From the NCBI GenBank assembly GCA_965215505.1, contig OZ244065.1, positions 1,344,001 through 1,408,000 of the forward strand: DNA of 64,000 bases, read 5' to 3'. Position 1 is the first letter of the stretch. The number at the start of each line of letters is the position of its first letter. This document shows, piece by piece, positions 48,501-59,201 of this stretch. The position numbers and the translations under genes are program-made. Source of the DNA: Capsulimonadaceae bacterium. Its GTDB lineage: Bacteria > Armatimonadota > Armatimonadia > Armatimonadales > Capsulimonadaceae. Under the pieces are notes generated by a model, which had not been told where the DNA came from, ran no database searches, and saw nothing but the letters and a program-made list of their open reading frames with translations.

Positions 48501-51002
48501 CTATTTCAATGCCCCGATACGCAGGACGTAGCGATGCACCATCTCGTTCGCCTCGTCCTGACTATTGGCCTCGGTGTAGATGCGGAAGAACGGCTCGGAG
48601 GCGTCCGGCAGGACCAGGACCCAGGAGCCGTCGTCGCGGTAGGTCTTGATGCCGTCAATCAGCTCGGTGTTCGTCCCCTCGCTTTCCGCCGTCAGGACGC
48701 GCATGATGCGGCCCTTGACCTCCCACGGGCAGGGGACCGTGGCGGTCGCCATGTAATGGGGCGGCAGCATGGCGCGCACCTTGCTCAGAGTCGTCCCCTG
48801 GGTGGCGAGCAGTTCCAGCAGCTTGGCGAAGGAGAACAGGCCATCGAAGGCCGGGTGGAACTCGGGGAAGATGAAGCCGCCTTCGGTGTCACCCGCCAGC
48901 GCGATGCCTTCCTTCCCTTCGGCAGCCGTCGCCATCAGGGCGCGGACGTCCGTCTTGGTGCGGGTCACGCCGCCGCCGTTCTCGGCGAGGATGCGCTCGA
49001 TGGTGGAGGACGCGGTGACGGGCACGGCCACCTGCGCGCCGGGCTTGGCGCGGGCCACGAGCAGGGCGAAGACAGCCAGGAGGTCGCTGCCGGAGAGGAT
49101 CGCCCCGGTTTCGTCCACCGCCGACAGCCGCTCGCCGTCGTCCCGCAGGAAGATGCCGATGTCGGCCTTCAGCGTCACCAGATAGTCGCTCAAGTTCTGG
49201 ACCAGGGCGGCCCGGTCGGCGGCCGTCTTGGGCGACTTCTTGGGGTCGGTATAGGCGTTCAAGGCGATCGTATCAGTTTCGAGCTGGCCGAGCATCTGCG
49301 GCAGGATGCTGGAGATGCGGTTGAAGCCGTAGTCCACGACGACGCGGAACCCGCGCTTCTTGACGGCCTCGGTGTTCAGCAGCCGGAAGAAATCCCGGCT
49401 GTACAGCTCGATGGCGCGCGAGACGAGGCTGATCGCCCCTACGTCGTCGGCGGGGGTCCGTCCGAAGTCCTCGCGGTAGAAGATCGTCTCGATCTTGCGC
49501 TGCCCGTTTGTGGACAGGTAGATGCCGTTCTGGTCGAAGAACTCGACCAGGGCGAGGTTCGGCTGGTCGGGCGCGAGCCGGACGTGCATGCCGCCGACGG
49601 CGTTGTTGGAGCGGATGGTGTGGCGCGAGACGGGCAGGGGCATCCCCTCGTTGTCCAGGACGTTGACGCCGACGGACACCAGCCCGGCGATCAGGGCGCG
49701 CTTGAGCATCCGGCAGACCAGCGTCGAGTCGCGGGACGTGATGACGGTCGAGCCTTTCTTCAGGAAGGCCCCGTAGCTCGCGCCCAGCTTGGTGGCGAAG
49801 TCCGGCGTCATCTCGACGTTTGCGATGCCCGACACGCCCAGGTTGCGGAACAAAGCCCCCTGCCACTTGGACCCCCAGATGAGGCTCATGGTGACCATGG
49901 AGCCGGCCTCGATGATCTTGTCGGGCCAGAGCTTGATGAGCGGCCGGATGGTGCTGCCGCCCTCGATGTGGCAGCGGTCGCCGACCACCGCGCCCTCCTG
50001 GATGTCCACGTCCTCCTTGATCGTGCAGCGGAAGCAGACGGTGCAGGCGGTCAGGCGCGAGCGCGCGCCGATGTAGTTTGAGTCCCAGACGATGGCCCGC
50101 TGGAGGATCGCACCCTCTTCAATCAGGCAGTTGTCGCCGATGACGGTGTCCGGCCCGATGTGCGCGCCCGCGTTGATGCGGCAGTTCTTGCCGATGCAGA
50201 CCGGCCCGACGATCTGGGCGGTCGGGTCAATCTCCGTGCCCGCGCCGATCCAGACGTGCCCGCCCTCGCGGCGGCCCTCGATGGGGAGCTGCGTCATCCC
50301 GCCCAGCATCTCGTACTGCGCCTGCCGGTACTGCTGGAGCGAGCCGACGTCGGTCCAGTACTCGCCGAGGACGTAGCCGAACATGGGCTTTTCTTCGGCC
50401 AGTATCCGCGGGAAGATGTCCTGCGACCAGTCGTAGCTCTTCTCGGGCTGCATGTACTCGAAGATGGACGGCTCCAGGATGTACATGCCCGTGTTTACGG
50501 TGTCCGAGAAGACCTCGCCCCAGGAGGGCTTTTCCAGGAACCGCCGGACGCGCCCGCCGTCATCGGTGATGACGACGCCGAATTCCAGGGGGTTGTCCAC
50601 ATGCTGCAAGATCAGGGTCGCCACCGACTGCTTCTCGCGGTGGAAGGCCAGAGCCTTGTCCACGTCCAGGTCGGTCAGGGCGTCGCCGGAGACGATGATG
50701 AAGGTGTCGTCCTTCAGGTACTCCTCGGCCTTCTTGACGCTGCCCGCCGTTCCCAGCGGGGTGTCCTCGACCGTATAAATCAGATTGACGCCGAGTTCGG
50801 ACCCGTCGCCGAAGTAGCCCTCGATCTCATCGGCGAGATAGTAGAGCGTGACGACGATGTCGGTGATGCCGTGGCGCTTCAGCAGCTCGATGGTGTGCTG
50901 CATGCACGGCTTGTTGAGGACGGGGACGAGGGGCTTGGGGCGGCTGGAGGTGAGCGGCCGGAGCCGCGTCCCCTCCCCACCCGCCATGACGACGGCTTTC
51001 AT
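48501..51002 (-). CDS. mannose-1-phosphate guanylyltransferase/phosphomannomutase-like fusion
   Basis: [22 protein letters not shown], hexapeptide repeats, C-terminal PGM/PMM-like domains. Confidence 0.9.
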   Translation of the reverse strand: MKAVVMAGGEGTRLRPLTSSRPKPLVPVLNKPCMQHTIELLKRHGITDIVVTLYYLADEIEGYFGDGSELGVNLIYTVEDTPLGTAGSVKKAEEYLKDDTFIIVSGDALTDLDVDKALAFHREKQSVATLILQHVDNPLEFGVVITDDGGRVRRFLEKPSWGEVFSDTVNTGMYILEPSIFEYMQPEKSYDWSQDIFPRILAEEKPMFGYVLGEYWTDVGSLQQYRQAQYEMLGGMTQLPIEGRREGGHVWIGAGTEIDPTAQIVGPVCIGKNCRINAGAHIGPDTVIGDNCLIEEGAILQRAIVWDSNYIGARSRLTACTVCFRCTIKEDVDIQEGAVVGDRCHIEGGSTIRPLIKLWPDKIIEAGSMVTMSLIWGSKWQGALFRNLGVSGIANVEMTPDFATKLGASYGAFLKKGSTVITSRDSTLVCRMLKRALIAGLVSVGVNVLDNEGMPLPVSRHTIRSNNAVGGMHVRLAPDQPNLALVEFFDQNGIYLSTNGQRKIETIFYREDFGRTPADDVGAISLVSRAIELYSRDFFRLLNTEAVKKRGFRVVVDYGFNRISSILPQMLGQLETDTIALNAYTDPKKSPKTAADRAALVQNLSDYLVTLKADIGIFLRDDGERLSAVDETGAILSGSDLLAVFALLVARAKPGAQVAVPVTASSTIERILAENGGGVTRTKTDVRALMATAAEGKEGIALAGDTEGGFIFPEFHPAFDGLFSFAKLLELLATQGTTLSKVRAMLPPHYMATATVPCPWEVKGRIMRVLTAESEGTNTELIDGIKTYRDDGSWVLVLPDASEPFFRIYTEANSQDEANEMVHRYVLRIGALK

Positions 51003-51031
51003 CGTTGTGATCTCCTTGCGTGAAAAGACAA

Positions 51032-51472
51032 TCAGATCTGCGCCGGGTCCACGGCGATGAACCCCGGATAGCGCCCAAAATCTTTCGTGTTGAACGTCAG
51101 CAGGCGCGTCACCCCATGCACGCGCAGGCAAGCTGCGATCCGCGCGTCATGCACCTGCACCCCGGACACGCCCACCTGAACGACGAGCCTGCTCCACTCG
51201 GCATATACGTCGGGCGTGTCGGGTAGGAGCGTGAAAATGCGCTCCATGATCCGCACCTGCTGATCCGCCTCAAGCAGCGTCAAGCCGAATCCACCCCGCG
51301 CGGAAGGAGGCCGCGTTGCGACGTTCCAATACTCGACGACGTTCTGCGGCAGGATGCAGACCTCTTCCCCAGCCTCGCGCAGCCGGCGGATGGCTCCCCG
51401 AACAGTGGCGTGCAAAGGGTCAGCTCTCTGGAAGAACCGAAGGAGCGCATTGGCATCCACGGCGATTGTCAT
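51032..51472 (-). CDS. PIN-domain VapC-like toxin
   Basis: VDANAL, E in [20 protein letters not shown]. Confidence 0.88.
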   Translation of the reverse strand: MTIAVDANALLRFFQRADPLHATVRGAIRRLREAGEEVCILPQNVVEYWNVATRPPSARGGFGLTLLEADQQVRIMERIFTLLPDTPDVYAEWSRLVVQVGVSGVQVHDARIAACLRVHGVTRLLTFNTKDFGRYPGFIAVDPAQI

Positions 51473-51723
51473 TAGTCGTGATCTCCGTAAATGCCTTCGC
51501 GCGACACGGCGTAGTCGCTGAGGGGCGGGATGGACGGATCAATCAGGTCCGCCGCTTCGTCGGCCAGCCGCTCCCACTCTTCATCCGGGATCGGCGAGCG
51601 CGGCGGCGCGGCCCACAGACCAACGCCCTGCAACAGATATTCCGCCACGTCCTGCCCGGCGAGTTCCGCGCGCCGCCGCAGGGTTCGTTCCTTGTCCGGG
51701 GGAAGGTCTATTGTGATCGCCAT
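51472..51723 (-). CDS. cognate antitoxin
   Basis: MAITIDLPP RHH-like N-terminus; LSDYAVSREGIY; stop overlaps toxin start. Confidence 0.8.
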   Translation of the reverse strand: MAITIDLPPDKERTLRRRAELAGQDVAEYLLQGVGLWAAPPRSPIPDEEWERLADEAADLIDPSIPPLSDYAVSREGIYGDHD

Positions 51724-51805
51724 GCTGTGCCTCCTGAATTGCAAAGCCATCTTGCCTGCTTGTTCATTCCCAATTTTCGGCTTGTTTATCGCGTGTCAGC
51801 GTCAG

Positions 51806-52177
51806 TCACGCTGCGCTTTCTGGACTTTCGTTCCAACGCCATATAATGCCGCTGTTTTGACAGAAATTGGGGATGAGAATCGGTTCGGTGCCTTTCTCAC
51901 TCAGCAAGTGCCATTCGTCGGTCTCAATCAAGTCGAGGAACTGGGCTTCGTTCTCAGCGCAAAATCTTTCCCATTCCTCTTCCTTGCCCTCTTGTATCAG
52001 TTGATCCGCCGCGACCGAGTAGTCAATGTACCGCTGTATCCTGTCATGGATAGTAGCCCCGTGGCTTTCAGCGGCGGGGCAGAATGTTCCAAACAGATTC
52101 GGAAAGTCTGCATCCTCTTGGATGACGTCCCCGATCTCGGTGTCACGATAGAATAGCCGGTACTGCTGTTTTATCAT
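51806..52177 (-). CDS. acidic hypothetical protein, lower GC
   Basis: 123-aa ORF; no family recognised. Confidence 0.65.
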   Translation of the reverse strand: MIKQQYRLFYRDTEIGDVIQEDADFPNLFGTFCPAAESHGATIHDRIQRYIDYSVAADQLIQEGKEEEWERFCAENEAQFLDLIETDEWHLLSEKGTEPILIPNFCQNSGIIWRWNESPESAA

Positions 52178-52227
52178 CCTTGCCTACTCCGCCGTGCGCT
52201 CGGCGCATGAGCCAGGCCATCAATGCG

Positions 52228-52923
52228 CTATGTCCGCTCCTGGAAGGGGGGCCGGAAGGCGGGGAAGTCAACCCTCGACTTGCGCTTGGCCTGCCCGATG
52301 ACGATGTCGTCGCCGGGCTGGACCTGGAACGTAGCCTGGACGGCGGGGCTGGCGGCGTTGAGGACGATCACCGTGACGTGGCCGCCGGGGGCGGGGCGGG
52401 TGATGCGAACCTTGTCAAGCTCGGCCCGGTCTTCCAGCCCGCCCGCCTTGCCGAGCGCGGTGGCGAGGGAGATCGTCGGCGTCAGCAGGGCATACTCCGC
52501 CGGGTTGTGGATGCCCGGTCCGGAGACGGTAAAGGTCAGTTCAGGCGCGAGCGCGGGGACGATGAGCGTGTCACCGTCCAGCAGGATGGGGTCGGCCTTC
52601 GGGTCATCGGGGTGCTGCTTCGCCAGCGCGTAGTCGAACGGCCCGGCCTTCGTCTCCCCCAGGTGCTTGATGACGATCTGGCCCGTGTCGGCGTTCGGGA
52701 GGAGGCCGCCCGCCGCTTGGAGCGCCGCCCAGGCGGTGGTCTTGGCGGGGAGGCTCAACCGGCCCGGCCTGTTCACGCTCCCGCGAACGGCGATGTCTTC
52801 GGCATGACGCGGCGGTGGCGGGGCCGTCACAGCCGCCGTCTGCGCGGGGCAGGGGCAGCACAAGGACAGCACTGCCGGGAGCAGGCCGAGCGGGGTCAAT
52901 GGCCGCAGTCTTGGGTGTCTCAT
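52228..52923 (-). CDS. SLBB domain protein
   Basis: VRGSVNRPG..ALQAAGG, LLDGDTLIVP, ALGKAGG, VQPGDDIVI. Confidence 0.82.
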   Translation of the reverse strand: MRHPRLRPLTPLGLLPAVLSLCCPCPAQTAAVTAPPPPRHAEDIAVRGSVNRPGRLSLPAKTTAWAALQAAGGLLPNADTGQIVIKHLGETKAGPFDYALAKQHPDDPKADPILLDGDTLIVPALAPELTFTVSGPGIHNPAEYALLTPTISLATALGKAGGLEDRAELDKVRITRPAPGGHVTVIVLNAASPAVQATFQVQPGDDIVIGQAKRKSRVDFPAFRPPFQERT

Positions 52924-52956
52924 CTTTTCGTGCCTCCTCTTTGCCTGGGTGACGCT

Positions 52957-54699
52957 TCACTCCGCCGGGTGTTCTACCCGCGCGAACCACTTCGGCTCGA
53001 TGTCGGGGAAGACGCTGTCGCGGGCTTCGCACTCGGCGATGTTTTTCCAGTCGCCGACCGATAATTCCTCCCCGGCACCCAAACGGCGCACCAGCCCGGC
53101 CAGGGCCTGGAAGTTATCGTAGTGGTTGCGGAGGCGGACCTCGGAGTAGTCCTTAGCCCCGCCGGTGGAGATGCAGAACTGCCAGTCCGAGGCCATCAGC
53201 AGCAGGGCCTCGCGGGCGGCCTGCTTCAAGACCGGCGCGGCGGGCAGCTTGTCGCCATAGTCGCGGGCGAGGTCGGACATCTCGGCTTCCACCTCGTAGA
53301 CCAGCTTCCACGACCAGGCGGTCTGCTCGTTGAGCCAGATGTAGTGGAAACCGCCCTCCCCCCACGATCCTTCGGGCAGGGTCACGGGCAGGGTAGCGGG
53401 GTTCGCGCTCAGGTATTCACCGACGGTCTGGAGCGTGATCTCCGGGTCGAGCGCCATCTGCCTCAGCGTGTGATATAGGAACTGCGGGCCTTCAAACCAC
53501 CAGTGGCCGAACAGCTCCGTGTCGTAAACGGCCGTGATGATCGCCGACGGGTCGGATTGCGCTCTGAGGACGTCCTTCACGAGAGGCACGAAATGGGCGG
53601 CGTGGGCGGCGGCGCGCTCCTCGGCCTGGTGCGGCTCGTAGGGGCGCTTGGCGTCCATGTCCGCCTTGTCCGCGCTGATGCGCCAGTAGCGCAGGCCCAG
53701 CGACTTTTCCTTTTCCATGACGAACTTCTTGTGGAACTCCAAGTACCACTCGTCGCCCGGATAGCCCTGCTCGCCGCTCCAGACCTGATGCCCCGTCGCC
53801 GAGTCCCGCCCGAAGACGGCCAGAGTCGGTTTTTCCACCAGGCCCGACGAGTCCACGAGATATGGTCGGTAGGTGGTGTATGGCCGATATTCAACTTTGA
53901 CCGTCTCCTTCTGGAACTGCCTGTAGATCTCCTTCAGCGGCCCGAACTTGTCGGCGTAAACGCCCAGAGCCTCGCCGCCGTGCAGCAGGCTCCCTTCGAC
54001 GAAGAAGTATTGGATGCCGTTCTCTGCCAGGAACTCGTCCGTGCCCTTGCGCAAGACCGGGGCGCGCGGCACGTCCGGCACGGTAACGGGTGGTGCCCAG
54101 TGGTAACGGGGGCGGTAGGCGCATTCGGGCAGCCAGTAGCCGCGCGGCTTACGCCCGAAGTGGCGTTCGTAAGCCGCGATGCCCGTCTTCACCTGCGCCT
54201 GGAGGCTGGTGTCCTGGGATAGCAGAGCCGAGTAGCCGTGCGTCGCGCTGCTGGTGATGATCTCGATGTGTCCGGCATCTTGGAGTATTGCGAACGCGCC
54301 CACGATGTCGCGCCCGTATTCGCCCTCGAAGTCCGCCAGTGCCCGCCCGTACCAGTCCTCCCAGTAGCGCGCGAGGTAGGCCATGTGGTAGTCGCCGTCC
54401 CGTCGGAACTGCTCCTGGTTCGCCCGTGCCGCCTCCACTTTGCCGCGTAGGTAGTCCGACAGCTCCTCCTGGAAGCTCGCATCGCGCAATTGCTCGACCA
54501 GAACGGGCGTCAGGCCCAGCGTGATCTTCGGCGACAGGCCCTCGGCGACCAGCCGGTGGCAGGCATCCAGCAGGGGCAGGTAGGTCTCGGCGGCGGCCTC
54601 CGAGAGCCAGTCGGTGCCGTGCGGGGACCGCCCGTGTGCGAGGACATACGGGATGTGGGAGTGCAGGACGAACGAAAAAGTGCCGAGGGTTCGCGTCAT
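52957..54699 (-). CDS. GH57 1,4-alpha-glucan branching enzyme
   Basis: LHSHIPYV, ETYLPLL, WLPECAY, YDTELFGHWWFEG, SDWQF. Confidence 0.93.
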   Translation of the reverse strand: MTRTLGTFSFVLHSHIPYVLAHGRSPHGTDWLSEAAAETYLPLLDACHRLVAEGLSPKITLGLTPVLVEQLRDASFQEELSDYLRGKVEAARANQEQFRRDGDYHMAYLARYWEDWYGRALADFEGEYGRDIVGAFAILQDAGHIEIITSSATHGYSALLSQDTSLQAQVKTGIAAYERHFGRKPRGYWLPECAYRPRYHWAPPVTVPDVPRAPVLRKGTDEFLAENGIQYFFVEGSLLHGGEALGVYADKFGPLKEIYRQFQKETVKVEYRPYTTYRPYLVDSSGLVEKPTLAVFGRDSATGHQVWSGEQGYPGDEWYLEFHKKFVMEKEKSLGLRYWRISADKADMDAKRPYEPHQAEERAAAHAAHFVPLVKDVLRAQSDPSAIITAVYDTELFGHWWFEGPQFLYHTLRQMALDPEITLQTVGEYLSANPATLPVTLPEGSWGEGGFHYIWLNEQTAWSWKLVYEVEAEMSDLARDYGDKLPAAPVLKQAAREALLLMASDWQFCISTGGAKDYSEVRLRNHYDNFQALAGLVRRLGAGEELSVGDWKNIAECEARDSVFPDIEPKWFARVEHPAE

Positions 54700-54737
54700 T
54701 AAGATTCGCCTCGCGTGCGGGGTGTTTGCCTTCGGCA

Positions 54738-54797
54738 AGGATAGCACTTTTGCGGGGGTTTGTCAAACTTGACACGCCCGCCCGCTTCCCGTATAAT
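54738..54797. promoter_or_regulatory. back-to-back divergent sigma70 promoters
   Basis: + strand TTGACA(54769)-17-TATAAT(54792); - strand TTGACA(54766-54761)-17-TATCCT(54743-54738). Confidence 0.8.
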
Positions 54798-54852
54798 GGC
54801 GGCAGCCTTATCTGACATTCTTATCAGACGTCGGGAGCAAAGGAACACCACG

Positions 54853-55782
54853 ATGCCGAAGTATGATCTGGCGGGGAACCCGCTGCCGGAGCCTGCCTCC
54901 TCCTCCGCCGCCCCCGGCCCGATGGACGCCGGGCCGGCCGCCGTCAAATACGACCTGGCGGGCAACCCCCTCCCCGCCGCGTCGCCCCCGCAGGGCGGTG
55001 CGCCGTTCGTCCCCCCCGGCCCAGGCGCGTATGCGCCACGGCCCGCCGGCGGGCCGGCCTACCCCGCGCGCCCCGCTGTGACGGCCGCAACGGATGAGGG
55101 CGGGGGCAAGCGCGCCCTCTGGATGGGACTGGGCCTTGCGGTCGCGGTCGTCATCGGGATCGCGGCCTTCCTGCTCACCCCCAAGCACGGCGCGGCCCCG
55201 ACCGGCTGGACCACTTTTACCGCCTCGGACAAGTCGTTCTCCTGCGCCGCCCCCGGCGGATGGGAGACGACCACGTCCGACAAAGCGCAGCAGATGGTGG
55301 GCAAGGACCAGACGACCGGCGGCGTCCAGTTCCGGTCGGGCAGCGCCTCCATCGAGATTACCACGGACACCGTCGCGACGCTGATGTCCTACATCCTCGT
55401 CCACGGCAGCGGCGACACGGACGCGCTGACCGGTCCGAAGGCGGTTTCGCTGCACAAGCAGTGGAAGATCGCGACCTCGGCGATCCACAAAGGCTATAAG
55501 GAGACGAAGGTGGCACCCATCACGGACAACATCGAGGACGCGCGCCTGTCCGAGTGGACCGCGAACGGCAACGTCTTCGGGCTGGGCGGCCACGTCCACG
55601 GCTACCGCGCCTCCCTGGTCGGCGGCAACCTGACCGCCGTCGTGGTCTGCCAGTGCCTCGACTCGGACTGGCCCGCTCTGAAGCCGACCTTCCGGCATGT
55701 CATCGCCAGCGTCACCCCACCTGCCCCGCCGCCCGGCGCGGCCCCCGGCGGCCTGATGCCGATGCCGAGGATGGGACAGTGA
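54853..55782 (+). CDS. single-TM hypothetical protein
   Basis: KYDLAGNPLP twice in a Pro-rich N-terminus, TM helix, extracytoplasmic domain. Confidence 0.75.
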   Translation: MPKYDLAGNPLPEPASSSAAPGPMDAGPAAVKYDLAGNPLPAASPPQGGAPFVPPGPGAYAPRPAGGPAYPARPAVTAATDEGGGKRALWMGLGLAVAVVIGIAAFLLTPKHGAAPTGWTTFTASDKSFSCAAPGGWETTTSDKAQQMVGKDQTTGGVQFRSGSASIEITTDTVATLMSYILVHGSGDTDALTGPKAVSLHKQWKIATSAIHKGYKETKVAPITDNIEDARLSEWTANGNVFGLGGHVHGYRASLVGGNLTAVVVCQCLDSDWPALKPTFRHVIASVTPPAPPPGAAPGGLMPMPRMGQ

Positions 55783-56004
55783 GGCCGGCCCGCCGCTTTT
55801 TCACCTGACATCAGGCTAGGCTCACCTCGCATCAGGGCCGCCAGCAGGATCTACTCTGGAAATGACTGTGGCCGGCGCTAAGTATCCTAACAGGCCCGCC
55901 GCCGCGCGCTCAACAAGCGGACACATCTCTGTTACAATGCTCACTGAGGCCCCGCCCAACGCGGCCCGCCCGTGTAATCCCTAGGGCCTCAGGAGCATTC
56001 GTAC

Positions 56005-56823
56005 ATGATTAGAAAAAAAGCCAACGGGAGCGACGCGGGCTTCACGCTGATCGAGCTGCTCGTCGTCATCGCCATCATCGCGATACTCGCGGCCATCCTC
56101 TTCCCCGTGTTCGCCCAGGTGCGGGAGAACGCCCGCCGGACGACTTGCCTGTCCAACTGCCGCCAGATCAACCTCGCCCTCACCCAGTACGTCCAGGACT
56201 CGGAAGAGACGTTCCCGATCAACATCTACCTGGGGTCTGACGGGGGTCCCGGCCCCTGCGTTTATCTCTCCCAGGTCGCGCTCACCCCGTACCTGCGGAG
56301 CGCGCAGGTTTACGAGTGTCCCTCCGACCCGAACCCGCTGGACTTCCCCAAGGCGATGCAGGTGATCGGCATGCCGCCCCCCTGCGCCGCCTCCCCCCCG
56401 GTACGGCTGATGAGCTACGTCCCGAACTTCTCGCTGATCGACTGGGGGAATCCCAGCAACTTCTTCCCGCCGGTCCCGGAGCGGGCGGTCAAGCGTCTCT
56501 CCCAGGTAGACTTCCCTTCGGAAACCAGCGCCTTCTACGACGGCGCGCACACCCTGCCGGACGCCTATTTTGATATCATGGACGCCCCCATCCAGGCGCG
56601 TCACCGCGGCCTGACCAACGTCTGCTTCGTGGACGGACACGCCAAGACGGTCCGGGCCACACCCTGGACGGACGGCGCGGGCAGGCAGATCGGCGGGCAT
56701 GCGCCGGACGGGCACGCCATCGTCTACTGGACCGTCACGGACGCCGGGCCATACCAGGGCAAGCACGAGCTGCGCGGGGTCCCGTTCAAGAACCCCGACG
56801 GGACATGGGGGCTGATGCGATGA
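56005..56823 (+). CDS. prepilin-type N-terminal cleavage/methylation, DUF1559/H-X9-DG protein
   Basis: [43 protein letters not shown]. Confidence 0.92.
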   Translation: MIRKKANGSDAGFTLIELLVVIAIIAILAAILFPVFAQVRENARRTTCLSNCRQINLALTQYVQDSEETFPINIYLGSDGGPGPCVYLSQVALTPYLRSAQVYECPSDPNPLDFPKAMQVIGMPPPCAASPPVRLMSYVPNFSLIDWGNPSNFFPPVPERAVKRLSQVDFPSETSAFYDGAHTLPDAYFDIMDAPIQARHRGLTNVCFVDGHAKTVRATPWTDGAGRQIGGHAPDGHAIVYWTVTDAGPYQGKHELRGVPFKNPDGTWGLMR

Positions 56824-57026
56824 CCCCTCGTGACTTGGGCGCGCTGCCGCCCTGGAAGATCGCCGCCGCCCTGGCGCTGGCGACACTGCTGATCGGACTG
56901 ATCGGGTGGCGCATCACGACCGCCGCGCTGGGACCGACCCGCCCGGACCTGCCCGTCCATGCGGGGATGTATGACCTCCGTGCGGAGCTGCAAAAGGGCA
57001 CCGCCCCGAAAGCGGGAAAGCCATGA
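56820..57026 (+). CDS. small single-TM protein
   Basis: 68 aa; ATGA overlaps at both ends. Confidence 0.7.
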   Translation: MTPRDLGALPPWKIAAALALATLLIGLIGWRITTAALGPTRPDLPVHAGMYDLRAELQKGTAPKAGKP

Positions 57027-58477
57027 ACAGCGTCATCTTGCAGGAGGCACCGCCGGCGCCCCCCGCCGGCACGGACGGCACCCCCACCCTGCCGCGCGTC
57101 CTCGGCCCCCTCGCCCTGACGGGGATCGGAGTCGGCGGGATCATCGGCACCGGCATCTTCGTCATGACCGGGATCGCCGCCCGTGACAAGGCCGGCCCGG
57201 CCGTCATCGTCTCGTTCCTCGTGGCCGCCGTCGTCTGCGCCTGCGCCGCGCTCTGCTACGCGGAACTCGCCGCCCGACTACCCGTTGCGGGTTCCGCCTA
57301 CGCCTACGCCACGGCGGCCTTCGGGCGCGGGCCGGGGTGGCTGGTCGGGTGGAACGTGATCCTGATGTACCTCGTCGCGGCGGCCTCGGTGGCCCAGGGC
57401 TGGTCACACTACTTCCAGGCCATGCTGGGGACGTTCGGGGGACACATCCCGGCCCGCTGGGGCGGGGCACCCTTTGACGTCAGCCCGCAGACCGGGGCGG
57501 CTTTGCCTTCCGGCGCGTGGCTGGACCTGCCCGCCCTGATCGTGGCGGCTGCGGTCACGGCGGTCCTCATCTGCGGCGTCCGGGCCAGCGTCCGCGTCAA
57601 TGCCGCCCTGGTCGTACTCAAGCTGGCCGTCATCGCGTTCGTCATCGGCGTCGGGGCGGCCCACGTCCATCCGGCCAACTGGCACCCGTTCGCGCCCCAC
57701 GGGTGGGGCGGGCTGGCCCTCTTCGGCGGGCCGGGCGGCGGTGGGATGCTGGCCGGGGCCGCCGTCGCGTTCTATGCCTACCTCGGGTTCGAGGCCGTCT
57801 CGGTCTATCCCGAGGAGGCGCGGCGGCCCCGGCGGGACGTGCCCGTCGCCATCGTGGCCGCCGTCCTGGTCTGCGCGGCCCTGTACATGGCTGTGGCCGC
57901 CGTGATCACCGGCATGGTCCCTTCGGACCGCATCAGCATCCAGGCAACCGTTTCGGAGGCGTTCCGCTCGGCGGGCCTGCCCTGGGCGGCGGGCCTGGTC
58001 GCGGCGGGGGCGCTGGCCGGGATCTCTTCGGTCCTGGTCATCATCATGCTGAGTCTGCCGCGCATCCTCCTGGCCCTGGGCCGTGACCGGCTCCTCCCGG
58101 CCGGGGTGTTCGGCGCGCTCCACCCGCGCTTCCGCACCCCCTGGCTGGCGACTATCATCGCCGGGGTAGTCATCGCCCTGCTCGCCTCGCTGCTCCCGCT
58201 CCGGGTCCTGGCCGACGTGGTCACGGCGGCGACGCTGCTGACTTTCATCGTCGTGGCCTTCGCCCTGCTGGTCCTGCGGCGGAGGCCGGGGGCGAGTCCG
58301 TTCCGCGCCCCCGGCGGCCCGCTCGTCCCCGGCGTCACCCTCGCCGCCTCCGCCCTGCTCGCGGCCTCGGTGCCCGCCGCGAGATGGCTGCACCTGGGGG
58401 CCTGGCTCGCCCTGGGTGTGGTCGTTTACCTGGCGTATGGCCGTCGGCGGAACGCCCCGGTTTCGGAGGAACAGTGA
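57023..58477 (+). CDS. APC-family amino acid permease (CAT-like)
   Basis: GGIIGTGIFV, LCYAELA..GSAYAY, AYLGFE. Confidence 0.92.
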   Translation: MNSVILQEAPPAPPAGTDGTPTLPRVLGPLALTGIGVGGIIGTGIFVMTGIAARDKAGPAVIVSFLVAAVVCACAALCYAELAARLPVAGSAYAYATAAFGRGPGWLVGWNVILMYLVAAASVAQGWSHYFQAMLGTFGGHIPARWGGAPFDVSPQTGAALPSGAWLDLPALIVAAAVTAVLICGVRASVRVNAALVVLKLAVIAFVIGVGAAHVHPANWHPFAPHGWGGLALFGGPGGGGMLAGAAVAFYAYLGFEAVSVYPEEARRPRRDVPVAIVAAVLVCAALYMAVAAVITGMVPSDRISIQATVSEAFRSAGLPWAAGLVAAGALAGISSVLVIIMLSLPRILLALGRDRLLPAGVFGALHPRFRTPWLATIIAGVVIALLASLLPLRVLADVVTAATLLTFIVVAFALLVLRRRPGASPFRAPGGPLVPGVTLAASALLAASVPAARWLHLGAWLALGVVVYLAYGRRRNAPVSEEQ

Positions 58478-59046
58478 TGCGAATACAAAGCAGTCCCGAT
58501 CAGATCCAGAAGGCCCTCGATGCTACGGCGGACGACCCGGCCTGGAGCGCGAGCCGCCGGCTCATGGAGGAGGGAAAGATGCCGAGCGAGATGTTCCAGA
58601 TGCTCGCCGTCCGGCCGGACATCCTCGCCGCTCTGGGTGGCCTGGGCGCAGCGGTCTATCCTGGCGGCCTCCTGGAACGCGCGTTGAAGGAGCGGGTGAC
58701 GGTGGAAACGTCGCGCCTAAACGACTGTCAGTACTGCGTCGGCTCACACGTCGGGACGCTGCGCCGCATGGGGCTTGAGTCCACGCCGCTCCAAGAACCG
58801 CACGCCCCCGGCCTGACGGAGCGGGAGCGGCTGGCGCTGGCCTACACGCACGCGGCAATGCGCGACTCGAACCACATCCCGGACGCCCTCTTCGCGCAGG
58901 TCCAGAAGGCTTTCAGTGATGAGGAGATCGTGGAACTGACTTTCCTGATCGGTCTGACCGGGATGCTCAACCTGTTCAACAACGCCTTGCAGGTGCGCTA
59001 TCACGACGAGTATGGGGTGGAGGAGGGAGCGGAAATGGTGCAGTGA
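58477..59046 (+). CDS. AhpD/carboxymuconolactone decarboxylase family protein
   Basis: SRLNDCQYCVGSH (CxYCxxxH), FSDEEIVEL. Confidence 0.88.
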   Translation: MRIQSSPDQIQKALDATADDPAWSASRRLMEEGKMPSEMFQMLAVRPDILAALGGLGAAVYPGGLLERALKERVTVETSRLNDCQYCVGSHVGTLRRMGLESTPLQEPHAPGLTERERLALAYTHAAMRDSNHIPDALFAQVQKAFSDEEIVELTFLIGLTGMLNLFNNALQVRYHDEYGVEEGAEMVQ

Positions 59047-59201
59047 TCCGCCGCCCCTCGCCTTGCTGCAACTTTCGCCGCGCGCCGTTGTCACAGGGCT
59101 GGGACGCAGCGATGATCTCCCCGCACGGTCGGTGCCTCCCGAATGGTCCTCTGCGTCAGGCACGCCGCCCCGCCGCCTCTTTTCGTTCAGGAGGTCCGCC
59201 C

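Noticed and set aside
55885-55891. TCCTAAC as the missing R'' for the third cassette
   Set aside because: 40 kb away and not followed by L''/L'/R' boxes
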